Shown piece after piece: positions 9,821 through 20,007 of a stretch of 56,855 bases of DNA. Location: contig JBQTGV010000035.1 of assembly GCA_052390515.1 (NCBI GenBank), forward strand, positions 1 through 56,855, read 5' to 3'. This stretch comes from Candidatus Eiseniibacteriota bacterium. GTDB taxonomy: Bacteria; ARS69. The number at the start of each line of letters is the position of its first letter. Positions within the stretch are counted from its first letter, which is position 1. Both the position numbers and the translations under genes were made by a program. The notes under the pieces are model-generated. The model searched no databases, was not told the DNA's origin, and saw only the letters and a list, made by a program, of their open reading frames with translations.

Positions 9821-11149
9821 TCAGGCGGCCCGCTCCAGGAGACTGCGGACCCTCGAGAGACCCTCGTGGATCTCGGCGAGGCTCACGGCTCCGACCGAGG
9901 CTCGCACCCAACCGTCGTCCCCGGGGAGGCCGAACGCCTCGAACGGCACGATCGCGAAGCCGGCCTCCCGGAGCAGGACCTGGCGAAGGTCCTCGTTGGT
10001 GACGATGGTCCTCCCGGAGAACGTCCGCCCGCGGAGGGCGAAGCGGACCGAGAGGTAGATCGCCCCCTGGGGCTCGATGTGCTCCACCGGTAGGCCGGCG
10101 GCACGCATCTCGTCGAAGCCGCGGTGCAGCGCATCGAGGCGGATGTGGAGCTCCTCGCAGATGTGGCGGCGATAGGCGGCCAGCGCCGCCTCGTCGCGCA
10201 GGAAGCGCGCCGTGGCGATCTGCTCCGCGCGGGGCGCCCACGCGCCGAAGTGCCCGGCCATCGCCGCCATCTTCTCGATGAGCGCGGGCGGTCCGACCGC
10301 CCAGCCCACGCGCAGCCCGGTTCCGGCGAGTCCCTTGCTGACCGCGTCGACCAGCACGGTGTACGGCGCCAGCTCCGGCACGAGCCCCACGGGCGTCCAG
10401 TGACGCACGTCCCCGAACGTCAGCGAGTGGTACACTTGGTCGTACACGAGGAACAGCGCCCGCTCGCCGGCCTTCGCCCGACGCTCGTTCTCCGAGGCGA
10501 CGGCTTCGCCGATTCCTTCGAGTGCATCGCGGGAGATGCAGGTGCCCGTCGGATTCAGCGGCGAGTTCAGGACGAGAAGCCGCGCGGTCGCGAGGTGAGG
10601 CTGGATGTCGCTGCGGTCGAGGTGGAAGTTCTTGGACGCGGTGACCGGAATGGCCACCGGGCGCGCGCCCGAGAGCTGCGCGTAGTGATGGTTGTTCCAC
10701 GACGGAACCGGGAAGACCACCGCGTCGCCGGGATCCACGATCGCCATGAAGCTCGAGTAGAGCAGCGGGCGTGCGCCGCCGCCGATGAAGATCCCCTCCA
10801 CCGGGTAATCCAGGCCGAAGTCCTCGCGCAGGCGCTCGCGGACCGACTCGCGGAGCTCCTTGACGCCGGAGACCGGAGGGTAGTTCGTCTGCCCGTCGCG
10901 GAGCGCGTCGACGATCAGGTCGCGGAGCGCTTCGGGGATGGGGAACTGGTCCGGCCGGAAGTCGCCGACGGTGAGGTCCAGCACGCGGTCGCCGCGCGCC
11001 ATCGACTCGCGGATCTCCCCGGCGATCTGCAGGATGGCGGAGTGACGGATCGCCTCCGCGTAGATCGAAGGCGAAGCCGGCGCGCTCGCGGAGAGCACGG
11101 CACCCACGTTCACCACGTCCCGGACCCCGGTCGCGCCGCGATCACCCAT
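9821..11149 (-). CDS. PLP-dependent aminotransferase class I/II (aspartate aminotransferase-like)
   Basis: 'LNSPLNPTG', 'YDQVY', PLP-Lys 'AVSKGLAGTGLRVGW', 'PQGAIY'. Confidence 0.9.
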   Translation of the reverse strand: MGDRGATGVRDVVNVGAVLSASAPASPSIYAEAIRHSAILQIAGEIRESMARGDRVLDLTVGDFRPDQFPIPEALRDLIVDALRDGQTNYPPVSGVKELRESVRERLREDFGLDYPVEGIFIGGGARPLLYSSFMAIVDPGDAVVFPVPSWNNHHYAQLSGARPVAIPVTASKNFHLDRSDIQPHLATARLLVLNSPLNPTGTCISRDALEGIGEAVASENERRAKAGERALFLVYDQVYHSLTFGDVRHWTPVGLVPELAPYTVLVDAVSKGLAGTGLRVGWAVGPPALIEKMAAMAGHFGAWAPRAEQIATARFLRDEAALAAYRRHICEELHIRLDALHRGFDEMRAAGLPVEHIEPQGAIYLSVRFALRGRTFSGRTIVTNEDLRQVLLREAGFAIVPFEAFGLPGDDGWVRASVGAVSLAEIHEGLSRVRSLLERAA

Positions 11150-11765
11150 GATCCGCTCCTCGCTCCGGCGGACGCCCGAGCTTCTCGATGCGCACCCTGC
11201 CGTCCTGCAAACGGTAGACGTCACCGGTCCTCGCGCACCTCGCGAGCCCTGCGTCGTCGAAGTCGAGCCGCTCGCCGTAGCGCCCGACCCAACCGATGGG
11301 CTTCGCCGGGCTGCCCACCACGAGCGCGAAGTCGGGCACGTCGCGGGTGACGACGGCTCCCGCGCCCACCATGGCGTGGCGGCCGATGCTCACGCCGCAC
11401 ACGATCGTCGCGTTGGCGCCGATGGAAGATCCCTCGCGGAGCAGGGTGGGCAGGAACTCGGTCGCCGGATCCTTCTTGAACGCGGCGCGCGGCAGGAAAT
11501 CGTTCGTCAGGGCGACGTCGGGTCCGAGGAACACGTAGTCCTCGCAGACCACCTTGTCCCACACGGCGACCCCGTTCTTCACGGTGCAGTGGTTGCCCAG
11601 GACGGCACCGCTCTCCACGAACGACCCCTCGCCGATGTTGCAGTCCCGGCCCACCCGCGCCCCGCGCATCACGTGGGCATGGGCCCAGATGCGCGTCCCG
11701 GGACCGACGGTCTCGGACTCGCACAGCCCCCGTTCGTGGACGAAGACGCCGTCGGGCTTCGCCAA
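11142..11765 (-). CDS. Hexapeptide-repeat N-acetyltransferase (WbpD/WxcM-like)
   Basis: 'VGPGTRIWAHAHV...VGRDCNIG', 'VFLGPDVALTND', 'SIGANATIVCG', 'VGAGAVVTRDVP'; TTG start. Confidence 0.88.
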   Translation of the reverse strand: MAKPDGVFVHERGLCESETVGPGTRIWAHAHVMRGARVGRDCNIGEGSFVESGAVLGNHCTVKNGVAVWDKVVCEDYVFLGPDVALTNDFLPRAAFKKDPATEFLPTLLREGSSIGANATIVCGVSIGRHAMVGAGAVVTRDVPDFALVVGSPAKPIGWVGRYGERLDFDDAGLARCARTGDVYRLQDGRVRIEKLGRPPERGADHG

Positions 11766-11976
11766 AATCCCCCCTCGACACGCGGCGTTCCAGCATACGG
11801 CGGGGGTCCCGAGGGAGGCAATGATCCAAGAGACGCCGACGGCCGTCGGGCGTCATCCGGGGCGTCATCCGGCCCCCGCCCCATTGGCCGGGGCGTGCCC
11901 GGTCTGATACCTTCCCACGCTCGGCTCGAATCCTCCCCTGGCCGATAACTGACTGACCGATTCCGAGGGGTATCCG

Positions 11977-13194
11977 ATGGCCACGCAGACGACGCACCGC
12001 TTCATCGAGCTCGCCGAGAAGCACTCGGCGCACAACTACCATCCGTTGCCCGTGGTGCTCGAGCGGGGGCGCGGCGTCTGGGTGTGGGACCCCGAAGGAC
12101 GGAAGTACCTGGACCTGCTCGCGGCCTACTCCGCGGTGAACCAGGGGCACTGCCACCCCCGGATCGTCGCGGCGCTCAAGGAGCAGGCGGACCGCATCAC
12201 GCTCACCTCCCGCGCCTTCCACAACGACCAGTTCGGCCCGCTCTGCGAGCTGCTCACGAGCCTTTCGGGTTACGACAAGGCGCTGCTCATGAACACCGGA
12301 GCGGAGGCCGTGGAGACCGCGGTCAAGGTCGCGAGGAAGTGGGGGTACACGGTCAAGCGGGTCCCTGCGGACCGCGCCGAGATCGTGGTGTGTGCCGGCA
12401 ACTTCCACGGGAGGACCACGACGATCGTGGGGTTCTCCTCCGAGCCGCAATACCGCGAGGGATTCGGCCCCTTCACGCCCGGATTCCGCATGATCCCCTA
12501 CGGGGACGCGGACGCGCTGGAGGAGGCCATGAGCCCGAACACCGTCGCGTTCCTGGTGGAGCCCATCCAGGGCGAGGCCGGGATCGTCGTGCCGCCGGCC
12601 GGCTTCCTGGCGAAGGCCCAGTCCCTTTGCCGCAAACACGGCGCGCTCTTGATCGCGGACGAGATCCAGAGCGGGCTCGGGCGCACCGGGAGGCTCTTCG
12701 CCTACGAGTGGGAGGGCGTACGGCCGGATGCGCTGATCGTGGGCAAGGCGCTGGCCGGCGGGCTCTATCCGGTATCCGCGTTCCTGGCGAACGACGACGT
12801 GATGGGTGTGCTGAGGCCGGGCGACCACGGCTCGACGTTCGGCGGGAACCCGCTGGGATGTGCGGTGGCGCGCGCCGCGCTGGAAGTCATCCGCGACGAG
12901 CGGCTCGCCGAGCGCTCGCACGAGATGGGACTGTACTTCGACGAGAAGCTGCGCGCGTTGCCGCAGGACACGGTCCGCGAGATCCGCGGCCGCGGTCTGT
13001 GGATCGGCATCGAGATCCGGAAGGAGTGCGGCCCGGCGCGTCCCTACTGCGAGGCGCTGATGGAGCGCGGCATTCTCGCCAAGGAGACGCACGAGCAGGT
13101 CGTCCGCATCGCGCCGCCGCTCGTCATCTCGCGGGACGACATCGACTGGGCCGTGCCGCGCATCGGCGAGGTGCTGGCCGAGCGGCGGGGGTAG
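11977..13194 (+). CDS. rocD: Ornithine--oxo-acid aminotransferase
   Basis: [54 protein letters not shown]. Confidence 0.95.
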   Translation: MATQTTHRFIELAEKHSAHNYHPLPVVLERGRGVWVWDPEGRKYLDLLAAYSAVNQGHCHPRIVAALKEQADRITLTSRAFHNDQFGPLCELLTSLSGYDKALLMNTGAEAVETAVKVARKWGYTVKRVPADRAEIVVCAGNFHGRTTTIVGFSSEPQYREGFGPFTPGFRMIPYGDADALEEAMSPNTVAFLVEPIQGEAGIVVPPAGFLAKAQSLCRKHGALLIADEIQSGLGRTGRLFAYEWEGVRPDALIVGKALAGGLYPVSAFLANDDVMGVLRPGDHGSTFGGNPLGCAVARAALEVIRDERLAERSHEMGLYFDEKLRALPQDTVREIRGRGLWIGIEIRKECGPARPYCEALMERGILAKETHEQVVRIAPPLVISRDDIDWAVPRIGEVLAERRG

Positions 13195-13246
13195 TGGCGG
13201 CTACGAGCGAGCGGAACGGCTTTTCAGCAGCCTCCTAGGGAGCCGG

Positions 13247-13411
13247 CTAGTGTTTCCGTCTCGAAAGACATGATCAGATGGCCGAGCGTCGTAGCCGCCG
13301 TGTCCGGAGCCACGGACGGCGGAGGCCGGCGGCCACGAAGCGAGCGAGGCACGGATGCCGAGCGAGCGTAAGCGAGGCCATCTGATTATTTCTTTCGAGA
13401 CGGAACACTAG
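13247..13411. mobile_element. 165-bp MITE-like element with ~36-bp terminal inverted repeats, bounded by CTAG (copy 1)
   Basis: Left end ctagtgtttccgtctcgaaagacatgatcagatggcc; reverse complement of right end ctagtgttccgtctcgaaagaaataatcagatggcc; second copy at 56751. Confidence 0.88.
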
Positions 13412-13465
13412 CGTCCACTCTCCGGACCGAGAGCGAGGAAGCCTCGCGTCGCAGCCGCCGAAGCG

Positions 13466-14935
13466 TCAGACACGCACCGGGTCTGGCTCCGCCTTCGCCT
13501 CCAGCTCCCGCTCGGCCTTCGCCAGGGCGTCGAGCACGCCCGGTGCCCCGGGCTGCATGCGGTTCCAGGCATCGAGCGCCGCGACCTTGTACGCCTCCGC
13601 CAGCGTCGGATAGTTGAAGACGTTCTCGACGAAGTAGTCGAGCGTCCCTCCCAGCGCCAGCGCCGCCTGCCCGATGTGGATCAGCTCGGTCGACTGCTCG
13701 CCGAGGATGTGCACGCCGAGCACGCGCCGCGTCTCCAGCGAGAAGATCATCTTGAGCACGCCGAAGTCGATCCCCAGGATCTGGCCGCGCGCGGTCTCGC
13801 GGAGTCTGGCCGTCCCGACCTCGTACGGCACACCGTCCTTGAACAGCTCCTGTTCGGTCTTCCCCACCATGCTCATCTCCGGGACGGCATAGATCCCGAA
13901 CGGGAAGTGCTCCGGGAACGTGTGCGTCTGACGTCCGAAGGCGTGGCAAGCAGCGAGCCGCCCTTGCTCCATGGACGTCGAGGCGAGACTCGGAAACCCG
14001 ATGACGTCGCCGGCAGCGTAGATGTGCGGCACGGTTGTGCGGAAGTGCTCGTCCACCTCCAGAAGTCCGCGCGCGGCGGCGGACAGCCCTGCCGCCGCGA
14101 GCCCCAAACCCTCGGTGCATCCCACGCGGCCCGCGGCGAAGAGCACGACGTCGGAGCGTAGCCGCTTCCCGCTCTTGAGCCGGGTCACGACCTTGCCGGT
14201 CCCGTCCTCCTCCACCGAGTCGGGCTCCTCGCCCAGGCGCAGCACGACGCCGCGGTCCCGCAGGTGGTACTGCAGATCACTGACGATCTCGTGATCCAGG
14301 AAGCCGAGCATCTGCGGGCGGCCGTCGACGAGCGCCACCTTGATGTCCAGCGCGGCGAAGATCGTGGCGTACTCGACGCCGATCACGCCGGCGCCGATGA
14401 CCGTCAGCGTCCGCGGCAGCCGGCCGAGCCCGAGCAACCCGTCGCTGTCGATGATCTTGCGCTCGTCGAACGCGATATCCGGCTGCCTCCACGGCCGCGT
14501 CCCCGTCGCCAGCAGGATCTTCGCCGCCTCGATCTCGCGGGCCTCTCCGTTCGTGCGCTCGACGCGCATGCGGTGCGGCGCGATGAACGAGGCATGACCA
14601 TCGACCACGCCGACGCCGTTGCGCACGAGCTGGTCGCGGATGACCTCGGTCTCGTGGCGGATGGTGATGTGCAGCCGCTCGATGAGGTCCTCGAAGGTCA
14701 CGTCGTTCTTGAGGCGGTAGCCCTGTCCGTAGAAGGACCGCTGCCTCCAGCCGGTCAGGTAGAGCACGGCCTCGCGCAGCGTCTTGCTGGGGATCGTGCC
14801 GGTGTGCAGCGTCACGCCCCCGACCGGCGTGCGGCGCTCCACGAGGAAGACCTTCTTGCCGAGCTTCGCCGCCTGGATGGCGGCCTTCTGGCCGGCGGGA
14901 CCGCTCCCGACGACGAGGAAATCGACCTGCTCCAA
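13466..14935 (-). CDS. sthA: Soluble pyridine nucleotide transhydrogenase
   Basis: GSGPAGQKAAIQAAKLGK, GTIPSKTLREA, GDVIGFPSLASTSMEQGR, FNYPTLAEAYKVAALD; TTG start with SD GGAGGT. Confidence 0.93.
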   Translation of the reverse strand: MEQVDFLVVGSGPAGQKAAIQAAKLGKKVFLVERRTPVGGVTLHTGTIPSKTLREAVLYLTGWRQRSFYGQGYRLKNDVTFEDLIERLHITIRHETEVIRDQLVRNGVGVVDGHASFIAPHRMRVERTNGEAREIEAAKILLATGTRPWRQPDIAFDERKIIDSDGLLGLGRLPRTLTVIGAGVIGVEYATIFAALDIKVALVDGRPQMLGFLDHEIVSDLQYHLRDRGVVLRLGEEPDSVEEDGTGKVVTRLKSGKRLRSDVVLFAAGRVGCTEGLGLAAAGLSAAARGLLEVDEHFRTTVPHIYAAGDVIGFPSLASTSMEQGRLAACHAFGRQTHTFPEHFPFGIYAVPEMSMVGKTEQELFKDGVPYEVGTARLRETARGQILGIDFGVLKMIFSLETRRVLGVHILGEQSTELIHIGQAALALGGTLDYFVENVFNYPTLAEAYKVAALDAWNRMQPGAPGVLDALAKAERELEAKAEPDPVRV

Positions 14936-15090
14936 GGACCACCTCCCGGACCCTTCACACGTCGGCACACGAGACCGGGCTCCTGAACCGGCGCCCGAGA
15001 TCCGGCCGGCCAGCCGCCGCGCGCCAGAACTGCTCAAGAAAGGCGATTGGTTGGCCGATGCGGGGGAACCTCGAACACCGGGAGAGGGCC

Positions 15091-15663
15091 GTGCACCGCA
15101 ACCTCGCGTGGATCACCGTGGCCGCGGGTGCAGTGGCCGCGCAGGGCTGCGGCGCCCACATGGACCAGTTGTCGATGAGCCACCGCCACGCCCCGGACGG
15201 CGAAGCTCGCATCGTGGTCATGCCCATCGAGCTGGTGAAGGGAGCCGCTTCGACTCCCGAGGCCGGCGAGACCCTGGGCAGCCTCTACGCGACGGAGCTG
15301 CTGAAGTCCTACGAGATCCTGGACTTCCGCCGGTTCCGGAAGCTGATGGAGGCGAAGAGCCTCGACCTGGAGAAGATCCTGGACTCGGGCGGCGGCGCCG
15401 ACGTGGCGAAGGAGCTCGAGCTCGACGCCGTGCTGATCTCCCGGGTCTACGACTGGAAGCCCGGAGCTCCGGGAATCTGGTTCCTGGCGAAGAAGGGGCG
15501 AATCGGGTTCCAAGCACGTCTCGTCGACCTGCGCACGGGCTCCGTCATCTGGAGCGCGAACCGCGTGCGGGAGACCGAGCCGAGCGACCCGCTGCCTGTC
15601 GGGCTCGCGCATGTCTTCCGGGACTTGGCCGCAGAGATGCCCTCGCAGCTCACCTCGTTCTGA
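15091..15663 (+). CDS. Lipoprotein of the CsgG/PelC/LpoB-like (GNA1162-like) fold
   Basis: Lipobox AQGC; 'LDAVLISRV...ARLVDLRTGSVIWSA'. Start GTG 15091 (GGAG upstream) or ATG 15058. Confidence 0.65.
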   Translation: MHRNLAWITVAAGAVAAQGCGAHMDQLSMSHRHAPDGEARIVVMPIELVKGAASTPEAGETLGSLYATELLKSYEILDFRRFRKLMEAKSLDLEKILDSGGGADVAKELELDAVLISRVYDWKPGAPGIWFLAKKGRIGFQARLVDLRTGSVIWSANRVRETEPSDPLPVGLAHVFRDLAAEMPSQLTSF

Positions 15664-15670
15664 CGGATCG

Positions 15671-15865
15671 ATGCACCGGTCCGACCGCGCACACAGGTCC
15701 CGTCCGTACCTCGGCGTCCGCTTCGAGTGCTGCGGCGCATACACGCGCGTCTACCGCAACCGCGCCGGAACGGCCTACGAGGGGCGTTGCCCGCGCTGCC
15801 TGCGGCCGCTGCGCGTGGAGATCGGGCCCGACGGGACGACGGAGCGGTTCTTCCGGGCCTGGTGA
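15671..15865 (+). CDS. Small Cys-rich (CC...CxxC) hypothetical zinc-ribbon protein
   Basis: RPYLGVRFECCGAYTRVYRN..GTAYEGRCPRC..; 7 bp after the upstream stop. Confidence 0.75.
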   Translation: MHRSDRAHRSRPYLGVRFECCGAYTRVYRNRAGTAYEGRCPRCLRPLRVEIGPDGTTERFFRAW

Positions 15866-15908
15866 GCTCGATCGCCGAGCGTCTGAGGGCGCATCTCGCC
15901 GCGCCTCC

Positions 15909-17231
15909 CTACGGCGTGACGGCAACCTGCCAGGTGTCCGACCACATCTCGAACACCTCGATCGGCAGCAGATGGTCGAGCCCCGCCAGGCGGAGTATCT
16001 CCGGCGCCATCGGGCGGAACAGCAGGCGCGCGGATACGTCGAGCGGCCCGGTCGTACCGGCGGGCACCGGCACCGTGTAGTCCGCCACGCGGGTCTGACC
16101 CACGGCGAGCAGCTGCGACTCGTCGATGGTCGCTGCGCGCCAGGTGAAGAAGGTCCTCGCCCCGCCGGCGTCCCGCATGGTCGAGCCGAACAACTCGAGG
16201 TCGGGATCGAGGGCCGCGGTCACGAGATCGCCGTTCGCTTCGAGCCAGCCGGAGCGCTGGATCGTCGCGCCGGTGCCGTCGGTGACGATCACCTCGATCC
16301 ACATCTCGCGGGAGAAGCTGGTGCCCGAAGGGATCGAGTGACCGGTCTTCACGTCGTTCGCCACGCTGACCGAGAGCGTGAACGAGCCGCCCGCGCCGAC
16401 CGACGCCGGTACTCCGGAGGCCGTGGTGGTGACGGAGTTCTGCAGGAGCGCGCGGATGTCCGCCTTCTGCGCGTCGAGATCGATGCCGCGGAAGCTCCCG
16501 TACGCGTAATCGACGCCGACGAACTTGTGCCGGTGCACGTCCTGGCGGATCGGCCCGCCCTCGGCCGCGCGGCCGGTGTAGGCCGGCATGTGGCACTCCT
16601 GGCACTCCGTGCCGAACCCGGAGTGGAACGAGTCCGACCACTCCTGGTACGTGTTCTCGACGCCGGTCCCATCGTCCAGGTTCACCTGGTGGCACGGCGC
16701 GCAGTTCGAGGACGTCTGGTACGAGCTGTCGAAGAGCGACTCGTGCGCGTCCGTCGGCACGGGATTGCGGATCCCGCCGAGCTTCGGGCCGCGGGGATCG
16801 ACGTCGTCCAGGTAATCGATGTTCCCGACCGGCGGCACGACGGTCACGGAGTGGCACACGTCGCAGTTGATGCCCTCGTCGGTGTAGTCCGGTGCTTGCG
16901 CCGCATCACCGCCCTCCGCCACCCACTTCTCGAGGCGCACCTGGGCGGGGGCGTGGCAGGCCAGGCACTTCTCCCCGATCGTGTCCCCGGTCTCCTGGGC
17001 GGCGACCTCCGCCAGCGCCAGCATCACCGGATCGCTCCCGGCGAATGCGTGCATCGAGGTCTCCCACTCGGCGAGGTGCTGCGGGTGGCAGGTGCCGCAG
17101 GTGGCGGCGGTGGCGTAGAGCGTCCCGGTCTCGGACGGGTTGCCGTCGGGGTCGGCGCCCCGGTCGGTGCAGCCGGACGCGGCGAGGAGCAGGCAGGATG
17201 CGAGAGGCAGGAGGCGGCGCGAAGGCGTCAT
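15909..17231 (-). CDS. Multiheme (5 CxxCH) c-type cytochrome lipoprotein, cytochrome c554-like, with C-terminal beta-rich domain
   Basis: Lipobox ASGC; CGTCH, CLACH, CDVCH, CAPCH, CQECH; 'GHSIPSG...REMWIEV'. Confidence 0.9.
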   Translation of the reverse strand: MTPSRRLLPLASCLLLAASGCTDRGADPDGNPSETGTLYATAATCGTCHPQHLAEWETSMHAFAGSDPVMLALAEVAAQETGDTIGEKCLACHAPAQVRLEKWVAEGGDAAQAPDYTDEGINCDVCHSVTVVPPVGNIDYLDDVDPRGPKLGGIRNPVPTDAHESLFDSSYQTSSNCAPCHQVNLDDGTGVENTYQEWSDSFHSGFGTECQECHMPAYTGRAAEGGPIRQDVHRHKFVGVDYAYGSFRGIDLDAQKADIRALLQNSVTTTASGVPASVGAGGSFTLSVSVANDVKTGHSIPSGTSFSREMWIEVIVTDGTGATIQRSGWLEANGDLVTAALDPDLELFGSTMRDAGGARTFFTWRAATIDESQLLAVGQTRVADYTVPVPAGTTGPLDVSARLLFRPMAPEILRLAGLDHLLPIEVFEMWSDTWQVAVTP

Positions 17232-17276
17232 GCTTCCATGATAAGCCAACTTCGCGGCCTTCGCGCTCCCAGGCAC

Positions 17277-17933
17277 CTAGCCGACGGGCGGCAGGGCCTT
17301 CGCATCGGCCACCCGGCGCCCCGCCCGCATCTCCTCCAGCGCCGGGCGCATGTGCCGGTCGTAGCAGGACGGGCAGATGCCGTGGCTGAACTGCGCATCG
17401 GAGACCTGCTCGAAGTAGCTCTCCAGCTCCGTCCAGTAGTTGCGGTCGTCTCGGATCTTTTTGCAGTAGGAGCAGATCGGCAGCAGGCCGGAGAGCGTCT
17501 TCACCGTGGCCATGGCCTGCTCGAGCTCGGCGACGCGCTCGGACAGCTTCTGGCGAAGCTCCAGCATGCGCACGCCGACGTGCACGCGCGCCTTGAGCTC
17601 GTCCTTGTGGAACGGCTTCGTCACGTAGTCGTCGACGCCGGCCTCGAAGCCGGAGACGATGTCCGCGGGACTGTCCAGCGCGGTGAGCAGGATGAAGTAG
17701 GTGGGCGTGGCGGTACCCTCCTCCAGCGCGCGCTTCCGCCGGACGATCTCCGGCCCTTCCATCTCCGGCATCATCCAGTCGAGGATCGCCATCTTCGGGG
17801 CGTCCGGCTGGCGAATCATCTCCCAGGCTTCCGGCCCCTGGCACGCGACGACCGGCTCGTGGCCCCACTTCGCGAGGAAGGTCTGCAGGAGCTGCCGAGA
17901 GACGGGGTCGTCCTCGGCGATCAGGATGCGCAC
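17277..17933 (-). CDS. Response regulator with C-terminal 'GLLPICxxCKKIR...SHGICPxC' domain
   Basis: VRILIAEDD, ILDWMMP, LLTA, DYVTKPF; GTG start with SD GGAGG. Confidence 0.92.
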   Translation of the reverse strand: MRILIAEDDPVSRQLLQTFLAKWGHEPVVACQGPEAWEMIRQPDAPKMAILDWMMPEMEGPEIVRRKRALEEGTATPTYFILLTALDSPADIVSGFEAGVDDYVTKPFHKDELKARVHVGVRMLELRQKLSERVAELEQAMATVKTLSGLLPICSYCKKIRDDRNYWTELESYFEQVSDAQFSHGICPSCYDRHMRPALEEMRAGRRVADAKALPPVG

Positions 17934-18004
17934 GGATTCGCCTCCGGAACGGTGCTCTCCCTGGATCGGCAGGAGCGAACGGCGCCTGAAGGAACGCGCC
18001 CGGC

Positions 18005-18997
18005 TCAAGCCCACAGGGACGAGAGGACCTTCTTGACCTTGGCGAGGGTGAGCGGCTTGCCGGTTCCGATCAGCGTGTGGAAGAGGCGCGCGGGGAGAAC
18101 GGCGAGCATGTGCAGCACCTCCCGCGCGGAGATGCGACCGGCCGCCTTGCCGATCGGCTCGTAGCCGAGCTCGCGCATGGTGGTGCCGAACACGCGCTCG
18201 CCGAGCCGGATCTCGGTGGCGGTGAGCTCGCTCCTCCATCGGTCGCGCGACGTGGCGACGATGCCCTTCGCCGGCTCGCCGGGGAACGACGTGTTCGTCG
18301 CGTCGACCTCCAGCATCGCCGCCTTGAAGTCGACTCCGAGATGCTCGCAGAAGCGGCGAACGTGCCGTTCCGGATCGGAGACGAGATCCTCATAGCGGAT
18401 GACGAGGACGGCGACGCGCCGCTCGCCGGAAGCGAGACGCAGCAGCGCCCGCATGTAGCTCTTCCACAGAAGAGCGTTGGCCAGAGGCTGGTAGCGCTCG
18501 CGATAGCTGGCCACCCCGCGACGCCAGTAGTTCTTGTAGGACGCGAGGAACCCGCGCGGATCGCGCACGATCCCGATGATCCGCGCCTCCGGGAACCACG
18601 CGAGGATCTGCTCCGCGTAGAGCACGTCCTGCGGGCTGGAGTCGCCCCAGCGGGTCGCCCCGTGCAGCTCGGCGCCGGCTTTCATGAGCGCGGCCATCAG
18701 TCCGCGGTACCCGCCGCCCTCGGCAGCGAGCCGGCGGGCGAACTCGACGTCATCGAGTACGCCGGCCACCGCCTGGTCGCGGCCCCACTCCCGGACGACG
18801 GCGCGGAGACGGGCGAAGGCCCTGCCCCGCGAGTCCGGATCGGTCAGGTCGCCGATCTCGCGGCGCTCGTCCCAGATCCGCTCGAAGAAGTGCACCTCGT
18901 CGAAGAGGTGGATCTCCGGGTGGCGGTTGAGGATCTCCATCAGGAGCGTCGTCCCCGTGCGAGGGGCACCGACGACGAAGATGGGCCGGTCGGTCAT
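18005..18997 (-). CDS. PAPS-dependent sulfotransferase family protein
   Basis: 'IFVVGAPRTGTTLL', 'IVRDPR', 'IRYEDLVSDP', 'RDRWRSEL'. Confidence 0.9.
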   Translation of the reverse strand: MTDRPIFVVGAPRTGTTLLMEILNRHPEIHLFDEVHFFERIWDERREIGDLTDPDSRGRAFARLRAVVREWGRDQAVAGVLDDVEFARRLAAEGGGYRGLMAALMKAGAELHGATRWGDSSPQDVLYAEQILAWFPEARIIGIVRDPRGFLASYKNYWRRGVASYRERYQPLANALLWKSYMRALLRLASGERRVAVLVIRYEDLVSDPERHVRRFCEHLGVDFKAAMLEVDATNTSFPGEPAKGIVATSRDRWRSELTATEIRLGERVFGTTMRELGYEPIGKAAGRISAREVLHMLAVLPARLFHTLIGTGKPLTLAKVKKVLSSLWA

Positions 18998-19173
18998 TTT
19001 GCTGGTTCCTGTCCGCTGGAAAGAGCGCGGCGCTCGGTTCTCCGCCATGGTATCACGATCGTCTCGAACCCCCGACGGCTGGGGGCGGCGGCCCAGACCG
19101 GAAGCGACCTCGGGAGCCGGGATCCGGTCCGCCCACGGGGGGTTCGAGTGGTCGTCGCCAAGGGAGGCGCAGG

Positions 19174-19941
19174 ATGGTGCGAAGGCTCTGGATCGCGTGG
19201 CTCGCGATGCTCGCCGGGGCGGCCGCGGCGAAGGACTACGACCCGTCGGCGCAGGTCGACCACTCGGCGTTCGACACGCTGCTCGCGAAGTACGTGGACG
19301 GCGACGGGGTCCGGTACACCGAGTGGCACGGCAGTGCGCCGGACCGCGCGAGGCTCGACGAGTACCTGGCCGTGCTCGCCGCGGCCGCGCCCTCGAAGCT
19401 CACGCGCTACCAGCGCCTCGCGTTCTGGATCAACGCCTACAACGCGCTGACCCTCGACCTCGTGCTGGACCACTATCCGGTGAAGAGCATCCAGGACATC
19501 GACTCGCCGTGGAAGCGGAGGCTCGTGACCATCGAAGGCCGGGACCTTTCCCTCGACGAGATCGAGAACGAGATCATCCGCCCGGGCTGGAGAGAGCCCC
19601 TCATCCACTTCGCCCTCTGCTGCGCCGCGGTGAGCTGCCCTCCGCTCCGGGCCAGCGCCTTCGACGCGGCCTCCGAGGAAGGCGGCGATCTCCACGCGCA
19701 GCTCGAGCAGCAGGCGAGTTCGTTCCTCGCCGACACCACCACGAACTTCGTCGACGCGAAGGGCAAGCTGCACCTGTCGAAGATCTTCGACTGGTACCGG
19801 AAGGACTTCGAGGGGCGAAAGCCGAGTCTGGTCGACTGGCTGCGACCGTACCTGCCGGCGCTCGAGGGCCGCGCGGCGAAGGACGTGAAGATCGACTTCG
19901 CCGACTACGACTGGGCGCTGAACGAGGCGAAGCGAGAGTAG
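19174..19941 (+). CDS. Secreted DUF547-domain protein
   Basis: Signal peptide; 'LAFWINAYNA', 'IHFALCCAAVSCPPL', 'LSKIFDWY', 'YDWALN'. Confidence 0.9.
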   Translation: MVRRLWIAWLAMLAGAAAAKDYDPSAQVDHSAFDTLLAKYVDGDGVRYTEWHGSAPDRARLDEYLAVLAAAAPSKLTRYQRLAFWINAYNALTLDLVLDHYPVKSIQDIDSPWKRRLVTIEGRDLSLDEIENEIIRPGWREPLIHFALCCAAVSCPPLRASAFDAASEEGGDLHAQLEQQASSFLADTTTNFVDAKGKLHLSKIFDWYRKDFEGRKPSLVDWLRPYLPALEGRAAKDVKIDFADYDWALNEAKRE

Positions 19942-20007
19942 CCGGCGGCCGGTCCGGCTCGCGGCTCCCGGATGAGGGGAGTCGGAGCCGGCCGCCTGCC
20001 GCGCTTC

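Noticed and set aside
9821-11765. Nucleotide-sugar biosynthesis cluster (acetyltransferase plus aminotransferase)
   Set aside because: The aminotransferase is class I/II rather than DegT-type, and no glycosyltransferase or dehydrogenase genes are adjacent.
11832-11872. Palindrome and 12-bp direct repeat (ggcgtcatccgg x2) in the divergent acetyltransferase/rocD gap
   Set aside because: Short and GC-rich; could be chance, and no regulator can be assigned.
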